DNA of 50,154 nucleotides, from positions 43,723,796 to 43,773,949 of the forward strand of contig NC_068998.1 in the NCBI RefSeq assembly GCF_001194135.2. The letters run 5' to 3'. The translations under genes were made by a program, and so were the position numbers. The DNA comes from Octopus bimaculoides. Lineage: Eukaryota. Below are positions 12,718-25,152 of the stretch, piece by piece; the first letter of the stretch is position 1, and every line of letters begins with the position of its first letter. The notes under the pieces are model-generated. The model worked only from the letters and a program-made list of their open reading frames with translations, made no database searches and was not told where the DNA came from.

Positions 12718-13621
12718 GGGCCATTTATCATTATAGTAACTGACAGAAAATGCAGTGTTTTTATAGGAATAGTTAAGTTTTAATATGGCTCTCTTGAAGA
12801 TCCTTCAATATCATATGGGAAATGCTGAGGTACTAAATTTAGGAATTTCCTACTAAAACCTTACATTAAAGCAGAAAGTGGGGTGAAGCCACAGAGTGTT
12901 TTCGGTTCTATGAGTATTCCGGTTTCAAGTCTCACTGCAACCAGCTATATAAGGCATCTGAGCTACAAAACTGTTTTGAAGTATTCTTCATCACATTTTA
13001 TGATAATTTATTTTTCCTATTTAGTGTTTTAGATATAGTTATCTATGTGTGTGTTTGGATGTGTGTATATATATGTATATGTGTGTTAGTATTAACCTTT
13101 AAAGGTTTCTCTCAATTTGATATGTAGTTTACATTATATTACATTCATATATGTAATATATATACACATATATAGACACAAGTAACAAGATATATTAGTA
13201 GGGTGCTGTTGTATCAACATGTTAATGTTTGGTTGTACTTTCATTGCTAATCTTCCCTTTTTTGATGGAATTCCATACAAGATGTTGGTATTCTTGACTG
13301 ATGTTTTATTTTTTATCAATTTAGGTTTCGCGTTCTGTTGTATAATGTACCGCAATGCCTCCTTATCAACATAAATCCACAAACCTATAAATCACAGAAT
13401 GTACTTCAGATAATCAATGTATTACAAAAATCTCACTAGAAACATGAAACTTGCACAATTCATGATGCCAAATGTTATGATGGACACACACACATTCAAC
13501 ATTTTCCCATCAGCTGACCATGCATTCACAAGGAACCACTGCAACATATTTCAATGCAGAACATGAAGTGCAACTAAATGGAAAAGCATTAGTTGATAAC
13601 TGAAGTCTCTTATATAAGATT

Positions 13622-13656
<35 letters not shown>

Positions 13657-14092
13657 GGAAGATTAATGGCAAATACTACACAAAGATTTGAAAAAATAAA
13701 AAAGATATAAGACCCTTGTAAAAACAAACAACACTTACTGATTGTTTGATGAGTTTTAAATCTAACGATGATTATATCATCTGTAATGACAAATTTCCTT
13801 GATGCTAGCTTCCTTCTATGAAAAAAAAAAAGCAGCAATTAAATCAAAAGTAATACGACTAACAACTAACTACTTCATCATGAAGATAAAAACTGATATG
13901 GTTTAGAAATGCTAATGGACCTTGGATCTTTATTATTTTCAACTAAGCCATAAAGAAATAAAAGGAGTCATTAATAAAAAGGATCAAACTCAAGCATGGT
14001 CATGTTCAAAATATAAAACGTTTCAAAGAAAAGGTGTTATCTATATTACACAACTATATACATACATACATGTATACATATGTATATATATA

Positions 14093-14192
14093 ATTATCAA
14101 ATTAGAAAACAGAGAGATCTAATGGATACAAATTAATTAATTAAGTAATTAATTTGTATCCATTAGATCTCTCTGTTTTCTAACTTGATAAT
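14093..14192. repeat. Near-perfect inverted repeat (47-bp arms, 6-nt loop)
   Basis: Arms 14093-14139 and 14146-14192 are reverse complements with 1 mismatch. Confidence 0.95.
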
Positions 14193-14322
14193 AATATTTG
14201 ATATTTTATGATATTTCTGTATAATATATTCATTGAAGAAATATCTCTTCAAAATATAATATATTGAACCAGTGTATCTCGGATAAAAATATCCCTATAA
14301 GCAGTTTAAAAACCATCACTGT

Positions 14323-14368
<46 letters not shown>

Positions 14369-14640
14369 AGAGAGAAAGATATAGGGAGAAAGAGAGAGAG
14401 AAAGAAGAGGAAGATTTATTCAAGTGTCTTGTATGTCATATGATATTGTTGCCTAGATATGTGTACAGAACATTGAGTGGGGCTGAGTCAGTTTGTTCTT
14501 AAATACTAACAGTTCCAGCCATATGTCTTGAGCGCTACTTTCTTTTGCTTGTTTACCTACCTGCGTATATATGCACATAAGTATAGGCTCGCATGCACGC
14601 ATGCAGATTCACATGCACACATGCGCTAACACACACACAT

Positions 14641-15500
14641 CCAGGGGTCGGACAAAATATAGAGAAAATCTTATTAAGTGGAAGCTTTATCACTTAATAC
14701 AAAATTTGACCACCTTTGGCATCAATCACAGCTTTAATACATGTCAAAATTGACTCATACAAGTCCTGAACGGTTGTTAGGGAAACCTTGAACCATTCTT
14801 CAAGTAAAAAATGCTTTAATTCTTTCAGCAACAATAATGGAAGGAAGCAGCTCCTCACTTGTTTGCCAAAATGCACCATAAATGCTGGAAAATATTGAGA
14901 TTTGGTGATTATAGGAGACAGTGGAAATGGTCCCCTTTGCTTTTGTGCTCTTGGTACCAATTTTTTATGTCATTAGCAGTATGAATCAGTGTGTTATTCT
15001 CCTGTGTTGCTATCACGGGATGATATTTGTATCATAGAATGGACATGAGGAGCAAAAATACTCAGATAATCCTTGATATCAATGCAACCAAGTATAACAA
15101 CTACAGTGCTGAAGGAATTCTGTGATATGGCTCCCCAAATCATCACATAGTCTCTGCCATGCTTCATAGGGGACAAAGAGTCATGGTTGAAGGCTTCTTT
15201 GGGATGTCTCAAAAATTGAGAAATCCCCAAAATTGAGAAATGAGGTTTCATCAGAGATGACATTGTTCCACTGAGCTATTAAGGAGATAAAACGGTATCT
15301 AGACTAACTTCTGATGATAGTCAAGATACCATTTTATCTCCTTGATGGGGAACAGAAGAGGCTTAGCAATTGCAGCCCTCCCATGGAATCCAGCTTTATG
15401 GAGCTCATAAAAAACAGTTTCAGTTGACACAGGTTTGGCAAATCTAGCCAGTTGCAGAAATACTTTCTGTTACAAAAACTACTGATCCTGAAGTAGCCCA
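14641..15500 (-). pseudogene. Decayed Tc1-family transposase with one TIR
   Basis: Across frameshifts: ELHKAGFHGRAAIAKPLL, NVISDETSF, KHGRDYVMIWGAIS, QENNTLIHTA (from QDDNAPIH), SPNLNIFQHLWCIL (from SPDLNxIE), LYESI..CIKAVIDAKGG. TIR-like CAGGGGTCGGACAAAATA at 14642. Confidence 0.9.
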
Positions 15501-16066
15501 TCATATCATCAATAAGAAATCAGATATCATCTTTATTTTCCCTTTAGACTTTGTCTAATTTCATATCAAAAACTTAGAAAGTAATTCCATGGAGAATGTT
15601 AGAATTGGTTCTCTCCTACTAATGAAACTTGATCCTCCTTATTACTGCCTCGCCTTCACCAATTAACACCTCAAATTGTATCACATGATCTAACATATCC
15701 AATGGAACTCAACTTAACAGAAATCAATAAATAACTGCTTTTCAAGCTGAATATGACCAATGCTTCATGCCTGGCAGACATTTGTGGACTAATTAGGAAT
15801 GAGGAGGAGGGGGAGGCAGGAGTGCTTGATGACATTGTAGAAATAAATGTAATTTAGTTTGGGTGAGTCAGTTTAGAGTCCTACATGCATTCACTGAGGA
15901 TCTTCAAACATCTCATATAAAGCTATAGCTTTCTATAGCAAGTTACAATATATAAAACTATAAATAATAGAATGTAAATATCAGATTGAAAAATATATAC
16001 ATATGTATATATTTATGTATTTATATACATATATGTATATATATATTAATATACATACATACATTC

Positions 16067-16097
<31 letters not shown>

Positions 16098-16293
16098 ATA
16101 TTCAGATATACACTTATGTATTATCTTAATGAAGCCTTGTGAGTAAATTTGGTAGGTGGAAACTGAAAGAAGCTTTAAAAAATAAGTACCGGGGCCTATT
16201 TTACCTTCTAAAACTGTTAAAGCAAATGCTACAACATGGCCACTGTCTAATGACAGAAGCATGTAAAGGATAAAATATGTGCGAGTATGAATG

Positions 16294-16391
<98 letters not shown>

Positions 16392-17634
16392 TACACACAC
16401 ACATAGACATACATAATATGCTTATGCATGTGTGTATATATATATACATACATACATAAATACATATGTATGTATGTACATTATGTGTGTATATTTGTGT
16501 GTGAGAGTATTAATGTAAGCAAATACAAGTTATATTGACATATCCAAGTTCAGTATAACATCAATTGCATTGTTTGTTCTGCTGCCTATTTGTAATGTGT
16601 TTAATGAACTGTGGTGGCATGTCCTTAAGATTGGATGGAGTATATTTCAGAGCTAATAGTCTGGAACATCATAGTGAGCAGAGATGATGGAGAGGCTACA
16701 ATTCCTGTCCATTCTAAAGTACCCTCTTCTCCACCTGCCCTTGTTCAACATACACATATATATATCCTGTCCTTGGGCAAATCCTGCAGAGAAAAGCTAC
16801 AGCTTAATAACTCCATCTCTGATTTCTGAATATGTTTTGACAGTGATGTCATCTCTCTAGGCCTGAAGAGAAGTGAACCAAAATGAGAAACAACAAATGG
16901 AAGAAGGAAATATCACAGAACAAATAGGAAGAAGAACTGGACAGAATGGATGAAAGGAAGAAGTAATGTGTTCAACCTTCAACTCCTTCCTTCAGCCATT
17001 CTGTCTAATAACAAGGATAATTTCATAACAAAAATGAAATAAAACCAAGAACTCCTGTGTATTTAATTACGGTTTACTTACCGTTCTCCTAGTATGTTTT
17101 CACTGTTCTGTGTAGGTGTAGTGATAATGGTTAGGATTAGGCACTGTATACTTATTGTTGGTGGTTTGTGTTGCAGGACTTGCCGGTGATGGTTGTGGGT
17201 AGTGCATGCTGTTTTGTTGGTTATAATAATTGTTGCTATATGGGGTTTGTGGTGATGGTGGTGTTTATAGCTTTGGCAATAGTATTAAGGTGGTAATTAT
17301 GTTGTTGTTTAAGCCAGGTCATCTCTTATCAAGTACCATATTTGATGGCCTATAACATGCAACTTTTTAACCCAAAAATGATTTTTAAAATTCCCCGTGT
17401 CCAATGCACTCAATGTAGGCTCAAATCTCGCTCAAAACAGTATGTATGTTTACAAAGCACGTGCTGCCATCTATTGGTGAACAATCACCTTTAATATGTT
17501 TATATCGAATGTGGAAGCAATAAATTGCTTATAATTACTGGTAATAACATTAAATTATGCAGGTAAGTGGAGGAATTAAAACATTATTTTAGTGGTAATT
17601 TATTTTACAAAAGTATAACCTAGCCTAAAATCTT

Positions 17635-17704
17635 CAAAGGTGGTGCTCCAGCATGATTGCAGCTAAATGATTGAAACAAGTAAAAGAATAAAAGAATTAA
17701 AAGA
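17635..17704 (+). mobile_element. SINE-A 3' tail only
   Basis: AAAGGTGGTGCTCCAGCATGATTGCAGCTAAATGATTGAAACAAGTAAAAGAATAAAAGA matches 18925-18986. Confidence 0.8.
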
Positions 17705-18518
17705 GTCCCATCTTATTTTATATGTATATTATCTTATTTAGCTGCTATTTCTAACAAGCCAGACAACCTGTTGTTAAGGATATTGGTGATGTTGGTTGTG
17801 ACATTAATGGCTGTGCTAGTGGTAATATAAAAGAAGACATATTAAATCTATGTATGAAAAATTGTGCCTTGTATACATGTAAACTTGTGAAAATTCAAGT
17901 GTTTTATGATCAAACAAAAGCAGATTTACTCTTTTCACTAATTCGTAGAATTGTGCATTCCTTAATATTGTAGTCAGCTTTGAATATAGTCGTAGCCTAT
18001 ACTGGAGTAGTTTTTAAAAATTTATCATTATGCTCAGTTTTTATGTAACCAGGAAAATATCTTAATTTTTCATACTAAGAATTTACATTGAATAGCTGCC
18101 TTAGATTTTGCAAAACACCCTTTAAAAATGGAAAATTCTTGAGTGCCATAAATAATGGATATGTATGCCATTTACACCTGTAATAGCTCTGACATCTCTA
18201 CCCATTGTTACATGTCAAGCTTTCAATAGCGGCTCCATTTCAAAGATATTTTCAACCTGTCCAGCTTATTTTGCTTATAAATTCTTTGCTTTTGAACCAA
18301 TTTTAAAAGCTGGACAGGTCTTCTACTGATAGTATTTTCTGCTGTATAATAGCATACAGAGTGTACTAATTGCATATATTATATTGAAACAGATTCAGTA
18401 AATTTCCATTCAAGCAAAGTGAAATATTCCTTACTGGGATTGAACCAAAAATCATGAAGTTGCAAAGTAACTTTCTTAGTTCTTAACCACACAGCCATAT
18501 AGTTAGATACTTCTCAAC

Positions 18519-19163
18519 ATAAGCCCATTGGTATCTAAACCGGCCATATCAGGCCAAACTATTCTACATAGGTGCAGGAGTGGCTGTGTGGTAAGTAGCT
18601 TGCTTACCAACCACATGGTTCTGGGTTCAGTCCCACTGTGTGGCATCTTGGGCAAGTGTCTTCTACTATAGCCTCGGGCCGACCAAAGCCTTGTGAGTGG
18701 ATTTGGTAGACAGAAACTGAAAGAAGCCCATCGTATATATGTATATATATATATATATATGTATATGTGTGTGTGTTTGTGTGTCTGTGTTTGTCCCCCT
18801 AGCATTGCTTGACAACTGATGCTGGTGTGTTTATGTCCCCGTCACTTAGCGGTTCGGCAAAAGAGACCGATAGAATAAGTACTAGGCTTACAAAGAATAA
18901 GTCCCAAGGTTGAATTGCTCGACTAAAGGTGGTGCTCCAGCATGGTCGCAGTCAAATGAGTGAAACAAGTAAAAGAGTAAAGAGTATGTTCCACATTCAA
19001 ACTGACCAGATTCGGCTTCTCATACTGACTCTACAATGTCATCCTAAAACTTGACACTCACATCATTGAAATCTCAAAGCAGCGAGATAATGTATGATTA
19101 ATTCAAACCAGTTTCAATAAATAAGCCTTATGTTTGACAGAGTAATCTGAATGTAAAGGTTAA
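18519..19163. mobile_element. Second piggyBac-type MITE, split by a SINE-A insertion
   Basis: Right end GACAGAGTAATCTGAATGTAAAGG-TTAA resembles the AAAGGG-TTAA end at 32615; degenerate left end about 18519-18570. Continuity of the two halves is inferred from a recalled consensus. Confidence 0.55.
18571..18986 (+). mobile_element. Full-length SINE-A (tRNA-like head, Meta-domain-like core, internal microsatellite)
   Basis: Head GGTGCAGGAGTGGCTGTGTGGTAAG...GGGTTCAGTCCC; core CCAAAGCCTTGTGAGTGGATTTGGTAGACAGAAACTGAAAGAAGCCC (recalled as the MetaSINE domain, unverified); tail GAAACAAGTAAAAGAGTAAAGA. Confidence 0.88.
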
Positions 19164-19189
19164 CCTACACTGCTGAATGGGGTCAGTGA

Positions 19190-19720
19190 TAGATTATTCC
19201 AGTATTTAGAATTTGGTCCATGGTTCCAAATAACCTGATCCACCTCGTCGTCCACCTTGTTTTTCAATCCTTGCCTTGACATTGATTAACCCAGTTGTTT
19301 CCTGATTCTGGTATTCACTTCTCCGTCCCCTCTAGATTTCTTCTACGACTGGCGTCAGGTGAATATTTTAGTCAAGTATGTAGGATGCCATAACAAAGAT
19401 GACTTATCTATAGATTCGATCTGAACACCTGATCATCATTGTTATTCAGTAATTAATTAACTTATTAAGATTATATTTCCATAACAGGGATTACATTCAT
19501 CTCTCACATATAGAGATCCCTGTCCAACCAGTTTATCTTGTCATACAATCCTTTCGTTTAATCCCACTTAAGAACATCTGATACACTATATTACCAGAAC
19601 CGTGCAGTTTATGTTGACACTAGGTATCGTCTATCACGGTTTTTGATTGCTTCTACACCTAAATCTTGTTGTCCATTATCGTACTTAAATACCACCTGGG
19701 TTCACACTTGTAGTCAATTA
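19190..19720 (-). mobile_element. Possible highly decayed RTE-like LINE fragment
   Basis: Minus-strand peptides LTPVVEEI*RGR and KTRWTTRW loosely resemble the RTE RT C-terminus; many stops. Confidence 0.3.
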
Positions 19721-20164
19721 AGGATGCATCTAATTCTTCGTTGTGTTCTCCATTCCTTCAACCCATTGGATGTGTCATGTAAATTAAAGCAGATTATTAG
19801 ATTTACGTGAGAAATCCTTGAGAAAAGTCCATTCTGATATTGCTTCTTTTTTTTTTTTCTCTCTGTGATATTTGAAGTTTTACATTTTCACTTCCTACAC
19901 TTTATTGGTCATTTAGAAAAAGAAATTTAATTTAAATTTTAGATGATTAACACTCAAATTTTTTTTTAAAATCCAAATAGCTTTTGCTTCTTAGTTTATT
20001 TTTAGTTTCACTTAAATCTGAAGTCATCCTAGACAAACGCAAACTGTATTTAATACTTTTGATTTTATTTCATTAAATAATATTGGAGCTGTTTTTTACA
20101 ACCACTTTTTTTTTTCCTGTTGCAGTACATAGTGTAGTCACAAAAGCACTTTAATAAAAAGTTT

Positions 20165-20355
20165 CTATATGGTCACTTGACCAGCAAGTAGAAGCAGCTA
20201 AATCCTCTTCAAACCACACTTTACTATATTAAACAGAGGAAGGATTCATTGATGACTTAGTGTTTGATGTGCTGTTTTTTGAGAAATAAAGAGGGAGCTA
20301 CAGTTTAAATATTATTCAACATAGATTAACTAGATCAGGGAGGGCCTAAAACCAA
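20165..20355 (+). mobile_element. Old dispersed family K (about 10 fragments in window)
   Basis: Motif CAACCTRCTAGAAATAGCAGCCAAAT-like at about 7158, 9390, 17740(-), 20175, 25220(-), 26040(-), 34268, 34944, 41425; tail CTGACCTGGGGCTAAACAAC-like at about 3885, 25478, 25925(-), 41580. Confidence 0.6.
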
Positions 20356-20432
20356 ACATGAACTTATAACACTATATACTAGATAACCTCTATTACATAT
20401 ACTATCTATCTATCTATCTATCTATATAGATT

Positions 20433-20573
20433 ACTCTCTACCAAATGCATTTACAAGACTTTGGTTAGCCTGAGGCTATAGTAGAAGCTATTTGCCCAAG
20501 ATGTCAGGCAGTGGGACTGAACTCAAAACCATGTGGTTGAGAAGCAAGCATCGTACCACACAGCCACTACTGC
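20433..20573 (-). mobile_element. SINE-A 5' part
   Basis: CTACCAAAT...GAGGCTATAGTAGAAG...TTGCCCAAGATG...CAGTGGGACTGAAC...ACCACACAGCCAC is the reverse complement of the A head and core. Confidence 0.85.
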
Positions 20574-20575
20574 AG

Positions 20576-20641
<66 letters not shown>

Positions 20642-20774
20642 CACACACACACACACATATATATACACACACACACACACACAAAAATTAAGGCTTCCTA
20701 GGTTTTACTGGGTATTTCAAACTCTACACTATGCAATAACATAATCAACTTTTAAGGATAAATACAATGTCCAT

Positions 20775-20860
20775 TTCTTAGTAGTGGTAGCAGTAGAAGC
20801 AGCAGCAGCCAGAGTAGTAGTAGTAATAGTCACATCAGCAGCAGTAGCAGTAGCAGCATC

Positions 20861-20895
<35 letters not shown>

Positions 20896-20940
20896 CAGCA
20901 GCAACAACAACAGTAGCAGCAGCAGCAGTAATAGTAGTAG
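20775..20940. repeat. (TAG)n/(CAG)n microsatellite
   Basis: Seen directly. Confidence 0.9.
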
Positions 20941-21279
20941 TTAGGTCCCTTCATACCGATGAACAGATTCTCTCCAGCAGTAACCACCTCACTCCTTTTC
21001 TGTATCGACTCTTTACATAAAACTGTATGATGTCGTTTGAGGCAAATTTGGTCACTATCTCTAGCAAACCGTGCAACTAAATTTCGTGCCAGAGAATCAT
21101 TATAGACTTGAATAACTGCCGTGTTTGACTGTTACTTAATTTATTGATTGCAGTACAAAGAAAAGCAAAGTTGACCTCAATGGTATATGAACTGAGAAAC
21201 TAAATGCATCATTTCACAATAGTACTTAAGGGATCACCAGTGTACTGTCCTTTCATATACTAACCATAATAATTATATA

Positions 21280-21425
21280 ATTTCTAACAAGGCACTAAAC
21301 AGCAAATTTGGCAAGAGAGGTTGGTTGATTAAATTGTCACCAGTGCTTCATCGATACTTTATGTTATCAACCATGAAAGGATGAAAGGTAAAGGTGACGT
21401 CTGTGGGATTTGAAATCAGAATGTG
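21280..21425 (-). mobile_element. Diverged SINE-E unit
   Basis: GAAAGGATGAAAGGTAAAGGTGAC...GGATTTGAAATCAGAA is the reverse complement of the E core. Confidence 0.6.
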
Positions 21426-21559
21426 ATACTAGGGTGGGGATTTTAGCCTGATGCTTACCAATTTCTACTCCATCACTAATAGACTAATAGTGATAATTAT
21501 TTCTGACATAAGCTCAATAAGAACTGCCCACCACAATAGAATAGAGATTCTGAAACCAA

Positions 21560-21803
21560 GGGGCCATGTAAAAAGCATTTGTGTGGAAGCTGGTGCCACG
21601 TAAAAAGCACTGATGATGGCGTCGTGTAAAAAGCACTCAATGCACTTTGTAGTGTGGATGCTGTTAGGAAGAGCATCCAGCAGTAGAAACCATGCCAAAA
21701 CAGCCAATAGAACCTGGCATGGCTTCCAGCCTTGCCGCCTCCTGTTACCTGCCTAACCCATGCCAGCATGGAAAACAAATGTTAAATGATGATGATGATG
21801 ATG
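21560..21803 (+). mobile_element. Diverged SINE-B
   Basis: Repeated GTAAAAAGCAC, GTTAGGAAGAGCATCCAGCAGTAGAAAC, AACCCATGCCAGCATGGAAA...(GAT)n. Confidence 0.8.
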
Positions 21804-21847
21804 AGGTTATGTATAAGAGTAGTAATTTTTTAGGGAAAGGGGTTTAT

Positions 21848-22213
21848 TTCATACTTTTACTTGTTTCTGTTAATGGACTGTGGCCATGCTGGAGGTATCA
21901 ACTTAAAGGGTTTAGTCTAGCAGTTATTTTTTTTGAGTTTGGTACTTATTCAAAAAGTCCCTTTTGTCAAACTGCTAAGTTGCAGAGGCATAAACAAACC
22001 AACATCAGTTATCAAAGGCACCCACAAAGCTCCATATACATGTACTTAGAATGGGCTTCTTTTAGTCTCCATCAACCGAATTCACTCACAAGGCTTTGGT
22101 ATTCCTAGTGGTATAGTAGACAACACTTACCCAAAGTGCTACATAGTGGGACTGAACCCAGGACCATATGGTTGGAAAGCAAACTTCTTAACCACACAGC
22201 CATGCCTGCACCT
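21848..22213 (-). mobile_element. Diverged full-length SINE-A
   Basis: Tail TTTTACTTGTTTC...GCCATGCTGGAG, core CTCACAAGGCTTTGGT, head ACCACACAGCCATGCCTGCACC. Confidence 0.85.
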
Positions 22214-22419
22214 CTATTGGTATTAACACTTGTGTCTTATAACCATGCAATCTTAAGACACTGTCGATGCTGTGGCACTATTATTCTGGTGGCACAGAGG
22301 ATCACTGATATAATTCACACGCACATATATACATGTATGAAAGGGAGTGAGAGGGCCTACTTCCTTGGTACAACAACTAAGCTTGAAAGTATATATATAT
22401 AATGTTATATGTATATATG

Positions 22420-22517
<98 letters not shown>

Positions 22518-22534
22518 AACTGAACCAAATTTGA

Positions 22535-22900
22535 TGACTGGCACCCATGTCAGTGGAGCGCTAACAGCAATACCAAAGCGGAATCACTGCCAGAGCAGTG
22601 GTCTCACTCCCATGCCGGTGGCACGTAAAAATCACCATTTGAGCACGATCATTTGCAGCTTCGCCTTAGTGGCACTTGTGTCGGTGGCATGTGAACAAAA
22701 CATTGGACTGACTCCTGTGTAGGTGGCACGTAAAAAGCACCCACTACACTCTTGGAGTGGTTGGCATTAGGAAGGGCATCCAGCTGTAGAAACTCTGCCA
22801 GATCAGATTGGAGTCGGGTGTAGCCATCCGGTTCGCCAGTCTCCAGTCAAATCGTCCAACCCATGCTAGCATAGAAAGCGGACGTTAACTGATGATGATG
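22535..22900 (+). mobile_element. SINE-B, subfamily with alternative internal units
   Basis: Well-preserved core and tail; 5' part (CAGTGGAGCGCTAACAGC...GCCAGAGCAG) matches 49895-50042 on the minus strand. Confidence 0.85.
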
Positions 22901-22908
22901 ATATAAGC

Positions 22909-22956
<48 letters not shown>

Positions 22957-22985
22957 TACAATATATATATACAATATATATATAA

Positions 22986-23210
22986 TCAAAATAAGTAACA
23001 GGATGGCAAGTATTAATGCAATACAGCCATTTCAAGTGGCTCCATTTAATTGAACAATGCAAGCATTACATCAAATTCATATTTCGATATTTCTTGCAAA
23101 TGAAGATGGCACTGTATTTAAATTGATATAATGCTTGCATTGTTCAATCAAATGGAACGGTTGAAACGCTCATATTGCACTAATACTCGTCATTCTGTTA
23201 CTTATTTTGA
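22986..23210. mobile_element. Palindromic foldback/MITE-like element (arms about 90 bp)
   Basis: TCAAAATAAGTAACAGGATGGCAAGTATTAATGCAATA... mirrors ...TATTGCACTAATACTCGTCATTCTGTTACTTATTTTGA; the inner CCATTTAATTGAACAATGCAAGCATTA also pairs. Confidence 0.85.
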
Positions 23211-23299
23211 ATCTATTCACCTTTCTTCAAGTTGTGCAGATAATACTGGACTGACTTGGTGCCTCAACTTAAGTACCTAATCCAACTGAATCTTAATTT

Positions 23300-23355
<56 letters not shown>

Positions 23356-23660
23356 CACATACACAGATAAAAAAAAAATTGTAACATATTTTATTTCTAT
23401 TCTGTGGAAGTTTTCTTCTCTTGGATTTTGAAGAACATATATAATTTTATTTCAACGAATCAAAATATTATTCATTCTGCTCATAAAACAATGAGCTGGT
23501 GTGTACCAGTAAGAATAATAACGAATAAAAATAAGAAGTAAATGCGTTTGAGTAATAATAACTAAAATGTTTATGAAATATCTTTAGCTTTAGGTAAAAG
23601 AAATATAATTTAGTGAGATGATATGACATATATATTTTCAGATTTGGTCAAACGTGCTAA

Positions 23661-23752
23661 TGGCAACAATCCATGGAAACCTCAGCCATTTTCCATCTTA
23701 CATGCTATCATTATTCTATACTTACATAATGGCCTGCTGTTACCATGGCAAT
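23661..23752. promoter_or_regulatory. RFX X-box-like motif cluster
   Basis: GTTACCATGGCAAT at 23739-23752 (1 mismatch from the GTTRCCATGGYAAC consensus), half-sites TGGCAAC 23661-23667 and CCATGGAAAC 23671-23680. Confidence 0.4.
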
Positions 23753-23859
23753 ACAATTACTTACAGATTCCAAATGTAATACTTACAAGGAATTATCTTC
23801 TGATATTTCGTCTTTTATTGTCATTATTAAATATGGAATCCCTGTAAGATTCTCAAATC

Positions 23860-24125
23860 CTAGTGATTAAACTACAGTTGGTGCTAATGATTTCAGACAG
23901 TCCGTTTATGTAAAGCATGAAGAGAAGAAGATCTTGGCAATTCCTTGGGCTACTACTTGAGATTTGATGTTTACTGTTCTAGTGAAGATGCCACTGGCAG
24001 TAAATCCCTATTCTCCTTCGGATAAAAATTTCTTGATCAATTCCAGAAATTATTCTTAGAATTCTTTCAATCTTTTGTTAAGTTGACATCCCCAGAATAT
24101 TGAAATATCAACTCTTATGCCATCC
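23860..24125 (-). mobile_element. CR1/L2-type LINE reverse transcriptase fragment
   Basis: Across a frameshift: LELIKKFLSE...SQVVAQG + LLLFMLYINGLSEIISTNCSL, resembling W(I)..FLS.R...SGVPQGSVLGPLLFLLYINDL. Confidence 0.7.
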
Positions 24126-24209
24126 TATAAATGTAAATATTGAGACAACATGAGAAATCAAAAGCTGCAGAGCACTGGACGATTAAGTCGTGCAGTATTT
24201 AATTGCCTC

Positions 24210-25152
24210 TAGAATTATTACCATGCTGGACAAAATGTTTAGTGGCATTTCTTTTGACTTTCCATTCTGAGTTCAAATCCTTACATGGTCGACTTTGCCA
24301 TTCATCCTTTTGGCGTCAGTAACATAAGTACTGAGGTTGATATAATCAACTTACCCCCCCNNNNNNNNNNNNNNNNNNNNNNNNNNNNNNNNNNNNNNNN
24401 NNNNNNNNNNNNNNNNNNNNNNNNNNNNNGCCTCTGAACACAATGGCTTTGTGCCAAAATTTGAAGTCAATATTTATTTGCCTTAAGGCAACGAGCTGGC
24501 AGAATCGTTAGCACGCCGGGCGAAATGCTTTGCGGTATTTCGTCTGCCGCTATGTTCTGAGTTCAAATTCCGCTGAGGTCGACTTTGCCTTTCATCCTTT
24601 CGGAGTTGATTAAATAAATACCAGTTATGCACTGGGGTCGATATGATCGACTTAATCCATTTGTCTGTCCTTGTTTGTCCCCTCTCTGTTTAGTCCCTTG
24701 TGGGCAATGAAGAAATAAGAAACGTTAGCATGCCAGGCAAAATGCTTAGTGGTGTTTCATCCGTCTTAATGGTCTGAGATCAAATTCTGCCAAGATCAAA
24801 TTTGACTTTCATCCTTTCATGATCAATAAAATAAATACCAGTTGAGTACAGGGGTCGATATAATTGACTTAACCCCTCCCTCAAAGTTGTTGACAGTGTG
24901 CCATAATTTGAATCCAATATTTAATTGTCGTTAAGGTGGCGAGCTGGCAGAAACACTAGCACGCCGGGTGAAATGCTTCGCGGTATTTCATCTGCCTTCA
25001 GGTTCTGAGTTCAAATTCCACCAGGGTCAACTTTGCCTTTCATTCTTTCAGGGTCGATAAATTAAGTACCAGTTGCGTACTGGGGTCAATCTAATCGACT
25101 GGTCCCCACCTCCCCCAAAATTTCGAGCCTTGGGCCTAGAGTAGAAAAGAAT
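24210..25152 (+). mobile_element. Head-to-tail array of 4 SINE-E units
   Basis: Units start about 24210, 24484, 24721, 24933; each has TTCTGAG(T)TCAAAT, CTTTGCCTTTCATCCTTT, AAGTACCAGTT and GGGGTCGAT motifs. Confidence 0.9.

Noticed and set aside
13134-13400. 82-aa minus-strand ORF (WIYVDKEALRYIIQQ...)
   Set aside because: No recognisable family, it ends in a microsatellite, and it has no strong donor.
15245-16900. Hammerhead ribozyme cores (CTGATGA on the minus strand near 15250; CTGAAGAG...GAAAC near 16862)
   Set aside because: No stem II pairing between the conserved boxes; the first lies in the Tc1 SDE codons.
18255-18319. 13-bp inverted repeat ACCTGTCCAGCTT/AAGCTGGACAGGT
   Set aside because: Short, with a 39-bp spacer and no TSD or second copy; too little to interpret.
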